A stretch of DNA of 64,000 nucleotides from an uncultured Dehalococcoidia bacterium (lineage in GTDB: Bacteria > Chloroflexota > Dehalococcoidia > SZUA-161). The notes beneath the pieces are model-generated. The model ran no database searches. It saw nothing but the letters and a program-made list of their open reading frames with translations, and was not told the origin of the DNA. Shown one piece after another: positions 8,318 through 18,480 of this stretch (the first letter of the stretch is position 1; each line of letters opens with the position of its first letter). The DNA lies in the NCBI GenBank assembly GCA_964574685.1, contig CAZNOI010000005.1:69875-133874 (forward strand). The letters are read 5' to 3'. A program made the position numbers and the translations under genes.

Positions 8318-11300
8318 ATGTCGCAGGATAGCTTCAGCGAAGCACTGTTGGAGGGCCGACAGCTTCTCAATGAGGAGAGGCATGAGGAGGCCCTCAATGC
8401 TTTCAACCGGGCCATCGAGGTCTACGCCGACAACCCCGGGAATGCCATTGCATGGCGGGGTAAAGGCGCGGCGCTCCTGCGTATGGACAGGTACGAGGAA
8501 GCTTTGGAGGCCCTTAATTGCGCCACAGCACTGAACTCCAAGGATGCCGCAGCCTGGCATGGGACCGCCGTAGCCCTGCAGCAATTGGACCGGCATGAGG
8601 AGGCGCTGGACGCGTTCGACAGGACTATCAGCCTCAATCCTTCCAACGCAGTGGCCTGGACAAGAAAGGGCTCGTCGTTGCTTGCGCTGGAGAGGCACGC
8701 CGATGCGCTGCAGGCAATCGACAAAGCCCTCAAGTCCGATCCGGATAACCCATCTGCGTGGCGAAGCAGGGCAACCGTGCTCTCCGAACTCAACAAGACA
8801 GAAGAGGCCCTGCGGGCCTTCGACCGGGCGATAGAGCTGGCAGCCGAGAGCGCCGCCTCCTGGCAGGGAAAGGGCGAGGTCCTTCTGCGCCAAGGCAGGT
8901 ACGACGAAGCCCTGGATCATATCGGAAAGGCGCTTGAACTCGATTCGCAGAGCGCCGAGTCATGGAAGAGTGGCAGTATCTGCCTGACTGCCCTCGGAAG
9001 GCTGGATGAGGCGCTAACGGCGGTTGACAAGGCGATCCATTTGAAGCCGGATGATGCCGGTATCTGGAGGCAGAAGGGCGCCGTACTGCTCGGCCTCAAT
9101 CGATACGCTGACGCGCTGACCGCCCTGGACAGGGCGCTGCAGGCCGACCGCCTGCTTGAGGGCGCATGGCGCATGAAGGGAGAGGCGCTCGTTGCGCTGG
9201 GGAGGTACAGTGAGTCGCTGCCAGTCCTGAGCCAGGCCGTGGACCTGGACGGCGAAGACTGGGAGGCGTGGCGCCTGATGGGGCACGCTCTCGCGGGACT
9301 CGGCAGCTACGAGCAGGGGCTCCAGGCCTATGAAAGGGCTATCGAGCTTTGTTCCAGCGATGCCGACGCGCGAGCGAGCAAGGGGTCCGTTTTGCTGCAT
9401 CTGGGGAGGCCCAAAGAGGCCCTCCAGGCGCTCAACAAGGCCCTGGACCTGCGTCAGGATGATGCTGCGGCATGGTGCGACAAGGGTGTTGCACTGTCCC
9501 AGGTGGGCCGGCACAAGGAGGCCCTGCAGGCGCTCGAGAAGGCCATTCAGCTCGAGCCGGATGAGGCATTCTGCTGGCACGCCAAAGGCATCGCTTGCAC
9601 GGCGCTCAACAAGCCGGTCGATGCTCTGGCTGCCTTCGACAAGTCTCTTGGGCTGGCGCCACGCGACCCGGATATCTGGAGCAACAAGGCCATGCTGCTG
9701 GCCCGCCTGGCTCGTCACGGTGAGGCCGTGGAGGCCTACGACGAATACATTGACCTGAAGCCGACCGACCCGGCCGGCTGGGCAGCCAAAGCTGAATGCC
9801 TGATCGCCCTGGAACGATATGAGGAAGCCTTGAGGGCGCTCGACCGCGCTCTGGACCTCGGTGAAGGCACATCGCCGTTATGGGCCGAGAAGGGCCGAGC
9901 CCTCATGGCGACCGGCGACGATTTGGGCGCAGCCGAGGCGTACGAGACAGCGGTCAGGATCGATCCGGGCAACGGCTCTGCCTGGTCCGAGCTCGGGCAG
10001 GCGCTTCTTCGTCTCGGCCGCTACGAAGAAGCCGCAACTGCGTTTGATAGAGCAACAGGTCTCGGGCACAGTGATGCGGCGACGTGGAGCGGCAGGGGTC
10101 GTGCTCTGGCGAACCTCGACAGATACTCAGAGGCCCTCGACAGCCTTGACAGGGCGGTCGATACGTATCCTGACGATGGCGGCGTCTGGTACGAGAAGAG
10201 CCTTGTGCTCATGCAGCTCAACAGGCGAAAGGATGCGTTGCACGCTCTTGACCGTGCGATCGAGCTTGGTCTCGAGTCGGCTGCGCCCTGGCGCGATAAG
10301 GGAGCGATCCTGTTGGAGATGGGCAGAGCGCAGGAGGCAGCCCGTGCGCTGGAGAGGGCAACCGAGCTTGATCCAGAGCACGCCGCCACCTGGGACAGGT
10401 TCGGTCACGCCCTGTACGAGATGGGAGACAACGAACGGGCGCTGGACGCCTTCGGCAGAGCGGCCGGCCTTAATCCGGGGGACCCCGAGACATGGCTCCA
10501 CATGGGACTCGCGCATTTCGCGACGGGCGGCCTGGAGGAGGCCCTCAAGGCCTTGGACCACGTTGCGGAACTGGATGATGAGAACACATCGGTGTGGAAG
10601 TGGAAGGGCCTCGCTCATCTCCAGGTTGGCAGGCCGGCGGAAGCGCTGGATGATCTCGAGAAGGCGGCTGAGCTGGATTCGGATGATACCGATATTTGGC
10701 TGGGGATCGGGGATGCCCTCGCCCGCCTGGGCAGGAACGAGGAAGCCCTCGAAGCCTTTGACAGGGTACTTGCGATAGACCCGGCCGAATCAGAGGCCAG
10801 GAGTCGCAAGGGATGTGTCCTGGTCGATATGGGCCGGTACGAACAGGCACTGAGCCTGCTTGGTGGGGATGCCGGTCTTGATGAGAGCAGTGCCCCGGTG
10901 ATGGAGTGCCGCGCGATTGCCCTGCACGAAATGGGCAACGCCGCCGAAGCCCTGACTGCGTTGGACGCCGCCCTGAGATTCGCAGCGGACAGCCCGTCTC
11001 TCTTGAGGCGCAAGGCCGAAGCCCTGCGTCAGCTTCACAGGCTTGATGAGGCACGTACGGTTTGCGACGAGGCCATTCGTCTCGACGATAATGATCCCGG
11101 CACCTGGTATTGCCTTGGGGCGATCCTTTCGGAGCAGGGGAGGAGCGAGGAAGCTGTCAAGGCCCTGGACAGAGCTGCCCAACTCGAACCGAACGCTACC
11201 GATACGTGGTCTTTGAAGGGGGCGGCTTTGCTCTCCCTGGGTCGCTGGCGCGAAGCCTTGCATGATCTCGAAGTGGCCGTACGCTTGAATCCTACCGATG

Positions 11301-13474
11301 CTCCATCCATGGTCGGCAAGGCTGCTGCGCTGTCGGAGCTTGGTAGAGCCGACGAGGCTCTCCAGGCGCTGGACGCGGCAATCCAGCTCGACCCGGGCTG
11401 TTTGTCAGCGTGGAGAGACAAGGGGTCAATCAAGCTCCGCATGGGGATGCATGAGAGCGCACTGGAGGCGTTCGGACGGGTGCTTCGCCTCGATGCCGGT
11501 GATTCTACCGCATGGTGTGGCAGAGGCACCGCCCTCACGGAGATGGGGCGCTATGAGGAGGCGTTGCAGGCGTTTGAAGAGGCAACCAGGCTGGAACCAG
11601 AAGACCCCGCAGTGTGGGCAAGCATGGGCTATGTCCTCCTTCGACTGGGACGGGCGGAGGGAGCGTTGCGGGCGCTGGAGAAAGCCGTCACGATGCGGTC
11701 CTCTGACCCTGCTACGCGAGTAAATATGGCCGCGGCATTTGGCAGTCTGGGCAGGCATCTGGAGGCAGCGAGGGCCCTTGATGCGGCCGCCGACCTCGAC
11801 GCTGCAGGGCTTGAGTGCGATCTCGGCAGGGCAGTTGCCTCTATGGCGCTGGGACGAATCGAGGATGCTCTGCGCGATTTCGAGAGGGTGATCAGCACTC
11901 AGCCGGAGAACGCGACAGCCTGGCAGGGGAAGGGATTGGCTACAACGATGCTCGGAAAGCACCAGCAGGCCGTCCAGGCTCTGGACAGGGCGATCGCACT
12001 GGAGCCGTCGAACGCAGACTCGCGACGCTGCCGCGGCATAGTACTGGGGATGCTGGGAAGACACCGACAGGCCCTGCAGGACCTGGACGAAGCGCTGCGA
12101 TTTGATGGAAGCGATGCCCGTGCATGGACCGCGAGGGGTGTGATCCTTCTGGAGGCAGGTCGTGGCGTGGAAGCCATGGACGCGTTCGAGAAGGCTGTCG
12201 AGTTGGAGCCGGACGACCCTGTGAACTGGCGCAATCTCGGCCACGGGCTTGCTCATCTGAGCAAGTGGCGGGAGTCGCTGCAGGCGTTTGACAGGGCGAC
12301 CACACTCGGCCCCGATGACCCGTCCGCCTGGAGCGGAAAGGCCTTCGTTCTGTTCTGCCTGGACCGGCCGGCGGAAGCCCTGCAGTCGTTCGACTCGGCG
12401 CTGTCCTTGAGGCCGAACAGCGCTGTTGCTCTCTATGGCAAGGGTGAGGCACTCCTCAAGCTGGGTGCGTGGGAGGAGTCCCTGGATTGCCTCGACAGGT
12501 CTCTGGAGATCAACGACCGAAGGCCGGCCGCTCACAGGGGCAAGGGCCTTTGCCACTTGAACCTCGGCCGGTACGAGCAAGCCCTGCTCGAGTTCGAGAA
12601 GGCTATCGAGTTGGACCCGGATGATGTATCCTCGCTGGAGGGTAAGGCTCAGGCGTGCTACCACTTGAGCCGCATCTGCGAGAGCGCCGAGAGGATGCTG
12701 GAGGATGCCTTCCGGAAGAGCGGCGGCCAGCACGCGCTGACCGGCAGGTTCGGAGTCCAGATGCTGCGGAGGAACACGGCACTGCCTGCAGGACGCGCGG
12801 GTTGCCTGGATTTCGTAATGGACGCAATCGGAAGGCAGCGGGCAACCCAGGACAGCCGCGGGACAGAAGCCGACGAGCCATACTACATCTCATTTGTCCG
12901 GGAAGGCGAGTCGGCGATCGACATGGCGCTGTCCCTTGAAGGCGCGAACGCCGCTCTCCTGAACAGCAAGGGGGCGATCCATCTGAGACTTGGCCGCCAC
13001 AAGGAGGCTGTCGCCCTCTTCGAAGAGGCCTTCCGCAGGCGGAATGAGCACAGATTCCTCTTTAACAAGGCTGTCGCGCTGGCTGGCAACGCGCTCTCGA
13101 TGAGAAAGGAGGCCGAGGAGGCCATTTCCCGCGCTATTGAGGCGGCACGCAGCACAGGCGGAGACACAGGAAGCCGTGGCGACTCGGTCTATGAGCGGTA
13201 CGAGGAAATCCTTCGAAGGGAATGGGCGCCTTCCGCTTCAGCCGGGTGCGAAGTCGAAAAGCTGGGTCCCCTCAGAGCCGCCCTGGCACTGGTGGCCGGA
13301 CGGCGCAGAGAACCGGAGACGCGGGATGTCAGCCCGGACCTGACAGCACTGGTGGAAATCAACCCACTGCTACTGGCACCTGAGTACGACATCGCGCTGC
13401 CGGTCGATGAGTTGAGGCCAATGCTTGACCCTCCCAGAGCCCCCTCCGTAGACAGCTACCCCGTCTGTAGGTAG
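8318..13474 (+). CDS. giant tetratricopeptide-repeat protein (1718 aa)
   Basis: Continuous 34-aa repeats AW..KG..L..LGR.EEAL.A.D.A..L.P over about 1450 aa. Confidence 0.93.
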   Translation: MSQDSFSEALLEGRQLLNEERHEEALNAFNRAIEVYADNPGNAIAWRGKGAALLRMDRYEEALEALNCATALNSKDAAAWHGTAVALQQLDRHEEALDAFDRTISLNPSNAVAWTRKGSSLLALERHADALQAIDKALKSDPDNPSAWRSRATVLSELNKTEEALRAFDRAIELAAESAASWQGKGEVLLRQGRYDEALDHIGKALELDSQSAESWKSGSICLTALGRLDEALTAVDKAIHLKPDDAGIWRQKGAVLLGLNRYADALTALDRALQADRLLEGAWRMKGEALVALGRYSESLPVLSQAVDLDGEDWEAWRLMGHALAGLGSYEQGLQAYERAIELCSSDADARASKGSVLLHLGRPKEALQALNKALDLRQDDAAAWCDKGVALSQVGRHKEALQALEKAIQLEPDEAFCWHAKGIACTALNKPVDALAAFDKSLGLAPRDPDIWSNKAMLLARLARHGEAVEAYDEYIDLKPTDPAGWAAKAECLIALERYEEALRALDRALDLGEGTSPLWAEKGRALMATGDDLGAAEAYETAVRIDPGNGSAWSELGQALLRLGRYEEAATAFDRATGLGHSDAATWSGRGRALANLDRYSEALDSLDRAVDTYPDDGGVWYEKSLVLMQLNRRKDALHALDRAIELGLESAAPWRDKGAILLEMGRAQEAARALERATELDPEHAATWDRFGHALYEMGDNERALDAFGRAAGLNPGDPETWLHMGLAHFATGGLEEALKALDHVAELDDENTSVWKWKGLAHLQVGRPAEALDDLEKAAELDSDDTDIWLGIGDALARLGRNEEALEAFDRVLAIDPAESEARSRKGCVLVDMGRYEQALSLLGGDAGLDESSAPVMECRAIALHEMGNAAEALTALDAALRFAADSPSLLRRKAEALRQLHRLDEARTVCDEAIRLDDNDPGTWYCLGAILSEQGRSEEAVKALDRAAQLEPNATDTWSLKGAALLSLGRWREALHDLEVAVRLNPTDAPSMVGKAAALSELGRADEALQALDAAIQLDPGCLSAWRDKGSIKLRMGMHESALEAFGRVLRLDAGDSTAWCGRGTALTEMGRYEEALQAFEEATRLEPEDPAVWASMGYVLLRLGRAEGALRALEKAVTMRSSDPATRVNMAAAFGSLGRHLEAARALDAAADLDAAGLECDLGRAVASMALGRIEDALRDFERVISTQPENATAWQGKGLATTMLGKHQQAVQALDRAIALEPSNADSRRCRGIVLGMLGRHRQALQDLDEALRFDGSDARAWTARGVILLEAGRGVEAMDAFEKAVELEPDDPVNWRNLGHGLAHLSKWRESLQAFDRATTLGPDDPSAWSGKAFVLFCLDRPAEALQSFDSALSLRPNSAVALYGKGEALLKLGAWEESLDCLDRSLEINDRRPAAHRGKGLCHLNLGRYEQALLEFEKAIELDPDDVSSLEGKAQACYHLSRICESAERMLEDAFRKSGGQHALTGRFGVQMLRRNTALPAGRAGCLDFVMDAIGRQRATQDSRGTEADEPYYISFVREGESAIDMALSLEGANAALLNSKGAIHLRLGRHKEAVALFEEAFRRRNEHRFLFNKAVALAGNALSMRKEAEEAISRAIEAARSTGGDTGSRGDSVYERYEEILRREWAPSASAGCEVEKLGPLRAALALVAGRRREPETRDVSPDLTALVEINPLLLAPEYDIALPVDELRPMLDPPRAPSVDSYPVCR

Positions 13475-13483
13475 ACATAATGA

Positions 13484-13510
13484 AGAGGGCCTCCACGGAG
13501 GCCCTCTCTT
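13484..13510. terminator. probable bidirectional intrinsic terminator
   Basis: AGAGGGCCTCC-AC-GGAGGCCCTCT hairpin between convergent genes. Confidence 0.7.
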
Positions 13511-13635
13511 GGTGCTCTTTGAAACCCTCGCAGATGGTCTAATCAGCTCAACGGTGCCGACCGGTGCCGTCCATACTGCGCTTGCAGGGGTCCCGGTGCG
13601 GCATTGATGTCTCGATTGACTGTCCGCGGTTTCGA

Positions 13636-13908
13636 CTAGCCCTTGATGTTCAGGGTCTGGGTAATCGCCTGAATCAGTTCCTGCTTCTCCTTCTTCAGTT
13701 CGGAGATCAGCCTCTCGGCCTCGAAAGCCCTCTCCTTCCAGGAGTTCCTGTCCTGGACAAGGGCCTCGCACTGACTCAGGAGATACTGAACGTCCTCGGT
13801 GCCGTCAGAAGACTGGTCAACCTGGTACTCCGCCGTGGAGCTCTTGGACTTCTTGCCCGTGCTCTTCGTCTGGGTCTTCTCTACCGTCGTGTCCTGGTTC
13901 TCCATCAT
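13636..13908 (-). CDS. small coiled-coil hypothetical protein (paralog A)
   Basis: RBS TGGAGGA before ATG; C-terminal ~50 aa nearly identical to the neighbouring ORF. Confidence 0.8.
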   Translation of the reverse strand: MMENQDTTVEKTQTKSTGKKSKSSTAEYQVDQSSDGTEDVQYLLSQCEALVQDRNSWKERAFEAERLISELKKEKQELIQAITQTLNIKG

Positions 13909-14129
13909 GCTCTTCCTCCAGTGGCCTGATTTCCGTTGCATCTTAAAGGATTGTCAGTTCCGAGTATATCCCTCAAAAGTACCAAGCTGAGTCCCAAATA
14001 AGTCCCAATCATGAACGTGCGAATGGCTGTGTGTCCGCGCCCTCGGTGGAAGTGAGAAGCGCTGCTCAAGGAGGCAGCGCTTGACTTCACGGCGGCAGTC
14101 TACACGGCAAGAGCCGTGCAGGTGCTTCC

Positions 14130-14399
14130 CTAGCTCCGATTAAGGGCGCCTGCGATTGCGCGGATGAGTTCCTGCTTTTCGCGCTTCAGATCGGATATGA
14201 TCCTCTCAGCCTCGAAGGAGCGCTCCTTCCACGAATCGCGGTCCTGGACCAGAGCTTCGCACTGACTCAGCAGGTAGCTGACATCGTCACTGGAATCCAT
14301 CGGCATCTCCGCCTGGTGCATCCGCGAGGCCGACTCCGATGACGAGTCAGTCTGCCTTCTCGTCTGGGGTGTCTCGTTTGTCATATCCATCTTCTCCAT
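14130..14399 (-). CDS. small coiled-coil hypothetical protein (paralog B)
   Basis: RBS GGAGGG; DVSYLLSQCEALVQDRDSWKERSFEAERIISDLKREKQELI motif shared with paralog A. Confidence 0.8.
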   Translation of the reverse strand: MEKMDMTNETPQTRRQTDSSSESASRMHQAEMPMDSSDDVSYLLSQCEALVQDRDSWKERSFEAERIISDLKREKQELIRAIAGALNRS

Positions 14400-14530
14400 C
14401 ACGCTCACCCTCCGTGCGGTACTACAATGCCATGCTAATGGATTGTGGTGGATAGCACCATCCCTCGAAAGTCCTGAAAGGGCGTCCCAATAAAGTCATA
14501 CGCTCGTTGGAGGGTCATGCTGGGCGTGGG

Positions 14531-15487
14531 CTATACGAGGTCTATTCGCATGAGGCCGTCGCGTGTCAGGGCCTTCTGGTAGAGCATCTTCGCCACAGCG
14601 ACGTCTTCGATAGCGAGGCCGGTCGAGTCGAATACGGTCACTGCATCCGGCCTGTCCCTCGGGGCCTTTCTGCCCGATACGATCTCTGAGAGAGTGGCGG
14701 CTATGCCATCACGTGAGAAAGCGCCGGCGCTTACCGGCACATTGATTTCGCCGCTGTGACAGGCCTGGGCCGCATCATCGACCACCACGCGGGACCGGCC
14801 GAGTATCTGCGGGTCAAGCTCCTGCTTCCCTCTCGCATCTGCACCTACAGCGTTGATGTGTGTACCCGGCTTGATCCAGCCGGCCATGACAATCGGTTGC
14901 CGAGATGGCGTGAGGGTGCAAAGGATATCAGAGTCGGCGGCCTCCTCCGGAGAGGCAGGCACGATTTCCAGGCCGAGACGCTCCCGTGCCAGCCCTTCAA
15001 CGGCCTCGGGGCACGCGTCGTGGACCTTGACCAGTTCCAGATCGAAGACCAGCCTGTGTGATTCGATGTGCATCCGGGCCTGGCATCCAGCGCCGACGAG
15101 ACCGAGCACCCGTGAGTCGCTCCGGGCCAGATACCGGGACGCGAGAGCAGAGGTAGCAGCCGTGCGGTAGGAGGTGATCTCGGTGGCGTCCATTACGGCC
15201 AGAGGATAACCGGTGGCCGGGTCGCTGTAGATGAGGACCCCCATTACGGTACGCAGTCCGCTCCTGTGATTCTTTGGGTGAACATTGACCCACTTGATGC
15301 CCGCCGCGCCGGGCACTGCCGCCGGCATCGCCCTGAAGTCTCCGTCTTCGAGGGTAATGTACGTCTTGGGCTGCATCTGGTTCTTGCCCTCGGCTTGGTC
15401 ACGAAAGGCCTGCTCGATGGCTGAGAGCGCATCGGACATCGAGAGAAGCTCAGAGACCTCTCTCCTGGTCAAGATGATAGTGCTCAT
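14531..15487 (-). CDS. ornithine cyclodeaminase/mu-crystallin family protein, likely archaeal-type alanine dehydrogenase
   Basis: GDFRAMPA, GIKWVNVHP, TSYRTAA, GAGCQA, HINAVGAD and FDSTGLAIEDVA motifs. Confidence 0.85.
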   Translation of the reverse strand: MSTIILTRREVSELLSMSDALSAIEQAFRDQAEGKNQMQPKTYITLEDGDFRAMPAAVPGAAGIKWVNVHPKNHRSGLRTVMGVLIYSDPATGYPLAVMDATEITSYRTAATSALASRYLARSDSRVLGLVGAGCQARMHIESHRLVFDLELVKVHDACPEAVEGLARERLGLEIVPASPEEAADSDILCTLTPSRQPIVMAGWIKPGTHINAVGADARGKQELDPQILGRSRVVVDDAAQACHSGEINVPVSAGAFSRDGIAATLSEIVSGRKAPRDRPDAVTVFDSTGLAIEDVAVAKMLYQKALTRDGLMRIDLV

Positions 15488-15667
15488 ATCCTCGTCCGGT
15501 TTATGCCGCCTCTATCACGGTACCACGCGGCTCGGGCCGGCTACAATGACCTTTTACGGTGGTTGGCGGCAGTCAGATGGTACCGGAGGGGTCGCGCCCC
15601 GAGTGGCGGGACGGACGACTTCGTGACAGAGGATGGTCTTCTGGACAGTGTTGAGAAAGGGGGCGCC

Positions 15668-17515
15668 TCAGAGGTAGCCCAGGATCATGAGTTCGATGGT
15701 TGTCACGTCTCCCATGTTGACGGAGCCGTCCTGATTGGCGTCAGCTCCGCAGGTGATGTCCTGGAAACCGAGTATCATGAGCTCGACGCTGGTGACGTCC
15801 TGCATGTTGACGTTTCCATCGGCGTTCGCATCGCCGGGGGCCGTGGTCACGAAGACCATATCGTCGCCGTATGCAGTACCGTCCCCGGTTGCCGTGGCCC
15901 TGAAGTGATAAATCGTGCCCGGCTGGAGCCCGGTCAGTGAGCTGCAGAATGGTCCCGTCGAAGCCATGCACTCGGAGGCCGTCTCGTTGTTGTAGGTGTC
16001 CCCATGGCTGGTGAAGTAGTCATCGGTCGCCCACTCAAAGGCGACGTCCGTCGATGAGGCGGTACCCATGTCTCCAAGGTTGCCGTTGAGCATACAGCAG
16101 TCGCAGGCAATATCGGTTGCGGCGCTGGTATCGACGTCCGGAGGCACGAGCGGCATCCACGATACAGCGGCCGGCGCGTTCAGGAGACCCCACCCGAATT
16201 CGTTGTCCCTTCCCGCAGCGCCGAGGTCTGTCGCCGTTGACTCCAGGGCCTCTCGAATCATGTCAGGAGTCCAGGTGGGGTGTTCCGCCAGGATCAGCGC
16301 CGCCGCGCCCGCTACATGCGGCGAGGCCATCGATGTCCCCTGAACGAACCAGTACCCGAAGTCGGTAGGGTCCATCGTGGTGGGATTAAAGGTCTGCTGC
16401 AGGACACCATCCCCGTACCCGTCCCCGTTCTGATCGACGCTGACATTGCCGCCGGGGGCCACGATGTCTATGTACGACCCCGTATTCGAGTAGTAGGCCC
16501 GCGTCTGGTCGTACTGCGTAGCCCCGACAGCGATGCTGTAGACGTCATATGCCGCCGGGTACTGAGGAGCATTGCCCTCCTGGTACGCGTTACCTGCTGA
16601 GCATATGACCGTGACGCCGTTGTTGTACGCATAGGCCACCGCGTCCTCGAGTGTCTGGCTGGTACCGGGACCGCCGAGGCTCATGTTGATCACGTCCGCG
16701 CCGTTGTCGACCGCATAGTATATGCCGTCGGCCACCTGCTGGTCGGTCCCGCCGCTCGGCCCGAGCACCTTCACCGGCATGACAGTAACATTGAACGCTG
16801 TACCGGCAACGCCCGTGCCGTTGTTCGTCGTCTGGGCCACGGTACCGCACACGTGGGTGCCGTGGAACACATCATCATTGGGATGCGAGTCGCTGTTCAC
16901 GAAGTCATAGCCTGACGCGAAGCTGGTACCGGCAAGGTCAGGGGCCTGCAAATACGTCTCTCCGGGCGCCGGGCTGTAGTCCTCGTACGCTATGCCGGTG
17001 TCGAGGATCGCGACTACGACTGAGGGGTCGCCACCGTAGTCAGGGGAGGAGGCATCCATGTCCCAGGCGTCTTCCATGGCTATCTGGTCGAAATGCCATT
17101 GCAGCGGATACAGGGGATCGTCGGGACTCCAGAAGGCCTGACGAATGCGATTGGGCTCCGCGTACCGCACGATGGGCAACTCGGATAGCCTCTCGACCGT
17201 AGACTGAACGTCCACTGTGTCCGGGATGCTGAGCACCTCGAAAGCGGCGTGGGGGCTGACATAGGAGGTGTGCAGACTGAGCCTGTCCTTGGCTGATTCT
17301 ATAGCGGAGTCGACGACGCCGCGTTTGAATTTGACTATCAGTTGGCCCGGAACATAGCGCTCTGCAGGGGAGGAAGGCGAGTCGGCTACCCCAATCCTGA
17401 GGTCATCCGGGGCTTCGGCTTCGACCGGGGGCTGAGCGAGGGCTACGAACAGTGAGAGCGCGAGCAGCAGCGCTATCGCTGCAACTATCACGGGCCTCAG
17501 TTGTGCTGCTGACAT
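15668..17515 (-). CDS. secreted S8 subtilase with C-terminal dockerin-like domain
   Basis: Signal peptide; VAILDTG, HGTHVCG, GTSMASPHVAG; two repeats GDANADGNVNMQDV and ADANQDGSVNMGDV. Confidence 0.92.
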   Translation of the reverse strand: MSAAQLRPVIVAAIALLLALSLFVALAQPPVEAEAPDDLRIGVADSPSSPAERYVPGQLIVKFKRGVVDSAIESAKDRLSLHTSYVSPHAAFEVLSIPDTVDVQSTVERLSELPIVRYAEPNRIRQAFWSPDDPLYPLQWHFDQIAMEDAWDMDASSPDYGGDPSVVVAILDTGIAYEDYSPAPGETYLQAPDLAGTSFASGYDFVNSDSHPNDDVFHGTHVCGTVAQTTNNGTGVAGTAFNVTVMPVKVLGPSGGTDQQVADGIYYAVDNGADVINMSLGGPGTSQTLEDAVAYAYNNGVTVICSAGNAYQEGNAPQYPAAYDVYSIAVGATQYDQTRAYYSNTGSYIDIVAPGGNVSVDQNGDGYGDGVLQQTFNPTTMDPTDFGYWFVQGTSMASPHVAGAAALILAEHPTWTPDMIREALESTATDLGAAGRDNEFGWGLLNAPAAVSWMPLVPPDVDTSAATDIACDCCMLNGNLGDMGTASSTDVAFEWATDDYFTSHGDTYNNETASECMASTGPFCSSLTGLQPGTIYHFRATATGDGTAYGDDMVFVTTAPGDANADGNVNMQDVTSVELMILGFQDITCGADANQDGSVNMGDVTTIELMILGYL

Positions 17516-17595
17516 CCGGCTGCCTCCTGTCTATCCGGTTCCGGGCTCGTGGGCGGTGCAGGACTCGGTAGTCGCACGGCCAATGGTCGTCCGCG

Positions 17596-17624
17596 ATTCT
17601 AGCAGGACGGCGCCAGGGTGTCAA
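17596..17624 (-). promoter_or_regulatory. sigma70-like promoter of the second S8 protease
   Basis: TTGACA-N17-TAGAAT with extended TG on the minus strand. Confidence 0.7.
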
Positions 17625-17649
17625 AGCGTGTCGTTGGGTAGGCCTGGCG

Positions 17650-18480
17650 TTAGAACCGTCTTTCGGTGCCCTTGAAGAACACGCCGAGGTGTGCTCTCTC
17701 CAGGACCGGGTCTTCTGCCAGGCGGAGGGCCAGGGTTATATCTCTGGGATTGTGGACCCAGGGCTGCTCAGTCGACGAGTCCGGCAACGAAACAGGTTCT
17801 CCCTCGACCAGGTAGCTGGCGTTCTGCCTTATGGAATCGAGAAGCTCGGCGGTGTGGAACGTGGGACACGGCGTGAGAACGCTGATGAACGAGAAGCCTC
17901 TGTGGGAGATGGCCTCATTCAGCAGCCCTTCGAGGTGCGCTACATCTATCGAAAGCCCCTGGGCGATGAAGCTGGACTGGGTCGATGCGCTGTAGCTTAT
18001 CATATCCAGCATCGGGTCTACGGGCGGGTAGAAGTGCTCGTTGGGAAGAAGTTCCTTCTGTGTCTCGACATGTGGGGTCGTGGGACTCGTTTGGCCCTTC
18101 GTCATCGAGTACACGAAGTTGTTGACCATTACGCACGTGATATCCAGGTTCCGCCTGACCGCGTGCGGGAAATGGCCGGTGCCGATGCTGAAGAAGTCTC
18201 CGTCTCCGCCGATGACGACCACAGTCAGCTCAGGCCTTGCCAGCTTGGCCCCCTGCGCGACCACCACCGCGCGGCCGTGCAGAGTGTTGAATCCGTAGGT
18301 GTCTATGTAGGCGGGAATCCTCGATGAGCAACCGATGCCGGACACGATCAGTACCTTGTCCCTGGCAATGCCGAGACCCGGCAGCACCCGGCGTGTAAGC
18401 GCGTTGAGGAGGCCGAAGTTCCCGCAACCGGGGCACCAGATTGGTTTGACCTCAGTTCTGTATTCGTCTGTGCTTATCAT
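17650..18480 (-). CDS. 2-oxoacid:ferredoxin oxidoreductase beta subunit
   Basis: WCPGCGNF, SGIGCSS, LHGR, GGDGD and TKGQTSPT motifs. Confidence 0.93.
   Translation of the reverse strand: MISTDEYRTEVKPIWCPGCGNFGLLNALTRRVLPGLGIARDKVLIVSGIGCSSRIPAYIDTYGFNTLHGRAVVVAQGAKLARPELTVVVIGGDGDFFSIGTGHFPHAVRRNLDITCVMVNNFVYSMTKGQTSPTTPHVETQKELLPNEHFYPPVDPMLDMISYSASTQSSFIAQGLSIDVAHLEGLLNEAISHRGFSFISVLTPCPTFHTAELLDSIRQNASYLVEGEPVSLPDSSTEQPWVHNPRDITLALRLAEDPVLERAHLGVFFKGTERRF

Noticed and set aside
8318-12660. Periodic DNA similarity suggesting a repeat array or CRISPR
   Set aside because: A degenerate 102-nt periodicity explained by TPR coding repeats; no identical repeats or spacers.
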